From Candidatus Saccharimonadales bacterium (GTDB lineage: Bacteria; Patescibacteriota; Saccharimonadia; Saccharimonadales; JAUPVS01), in NCBI GenBank assembly GCA_039920385.1, contig JBDSDR010000020.1:6341-70340 (forward strand): a stretch of DNA of 64,000 bases, given 5' to 3'. The position numbers and the translations under genes are program-made. The notes under the pieces are model-generated. The model saw only the letters and a program-made list of their open reading frames with translations. It did not search any database and was not told the origin of the DNA. Below are positions 63,992 to 64,000 of this stretch, piece after piece; the stretch's first letter is position 1, and each line of letters opens with the position of its first letter.

Positions 63992-64000
63992 GCTGAAGAT

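Overview
This is a 64-kb, tightly packed, mostly plus-strand housekeeping segment from a small-genome bacterium. Gene content fits a Patescibacteria/CPR, Saccharibacteria-like chromosome; this is inference and cannot be verified here. Supporting content: a giant Kelch/tail-fibre-like surface protein, a heliorhodopsin, compact translation and division genes, no biosynthetic operons, and pyrH and cdsA absent from the rpsB-tsf-frr-uppS-rseP-proS block. The code is standard: RF1 and RF2 are both present and TGA is used as a stop. I call about 73 CDS. I found no rRNA, tRNA, CRISPR array, transposase or integrase. Recognisable genes are ileS, rplU, parAB, lepB, an LCP protein, htrA, prmC-prfA-rpmE, rpsB-tsf, frr-uppS-rseP, proS, greA, msrA, heliorhodopsin-HAD-rsmE, serS-hpf, secA, an M16 peptidase, prfB, ftsEX with a CHAP hydrolase and an S41 protease, pyrG, a CheY-like regulator, rpmA, xseAB, recO, glyQS, a CYTH protein and a tyrA-like gene. 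The most interesting unexplained content is: (1) a three-gene island at 33897-36218, where two paralogous unknown proteins with conserved His and a C-terminal H-G-x9-R-T-F motif bracket a four-Cys PD-(D/E)XK nuclease, with a third paralog at 19511; (2) three small leaderless coiled-coil proteins built on a D-x-R-F motif, expanded as 33-bp tandem repeats at 48278-48541 and 21-bp repeats at 43661-43765; (3) a histidine-kinase-like and receiver-like pair that both lack their phospho-residues and are translationally coupled to recO; (4) three consecutive near-consensus extended -10 promoters, two of them 28/30 identical, driving unknown proteins including an HExxH protein; (5) a T-box-type antiterminator with a UGGAACC bulge upstream of ileS; (6) -10 hexamers 6-8 nt upstream of many start codons, which implies leaderless mRNAs. 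All functional calls rest on motifs read by eye. No database search was possible.
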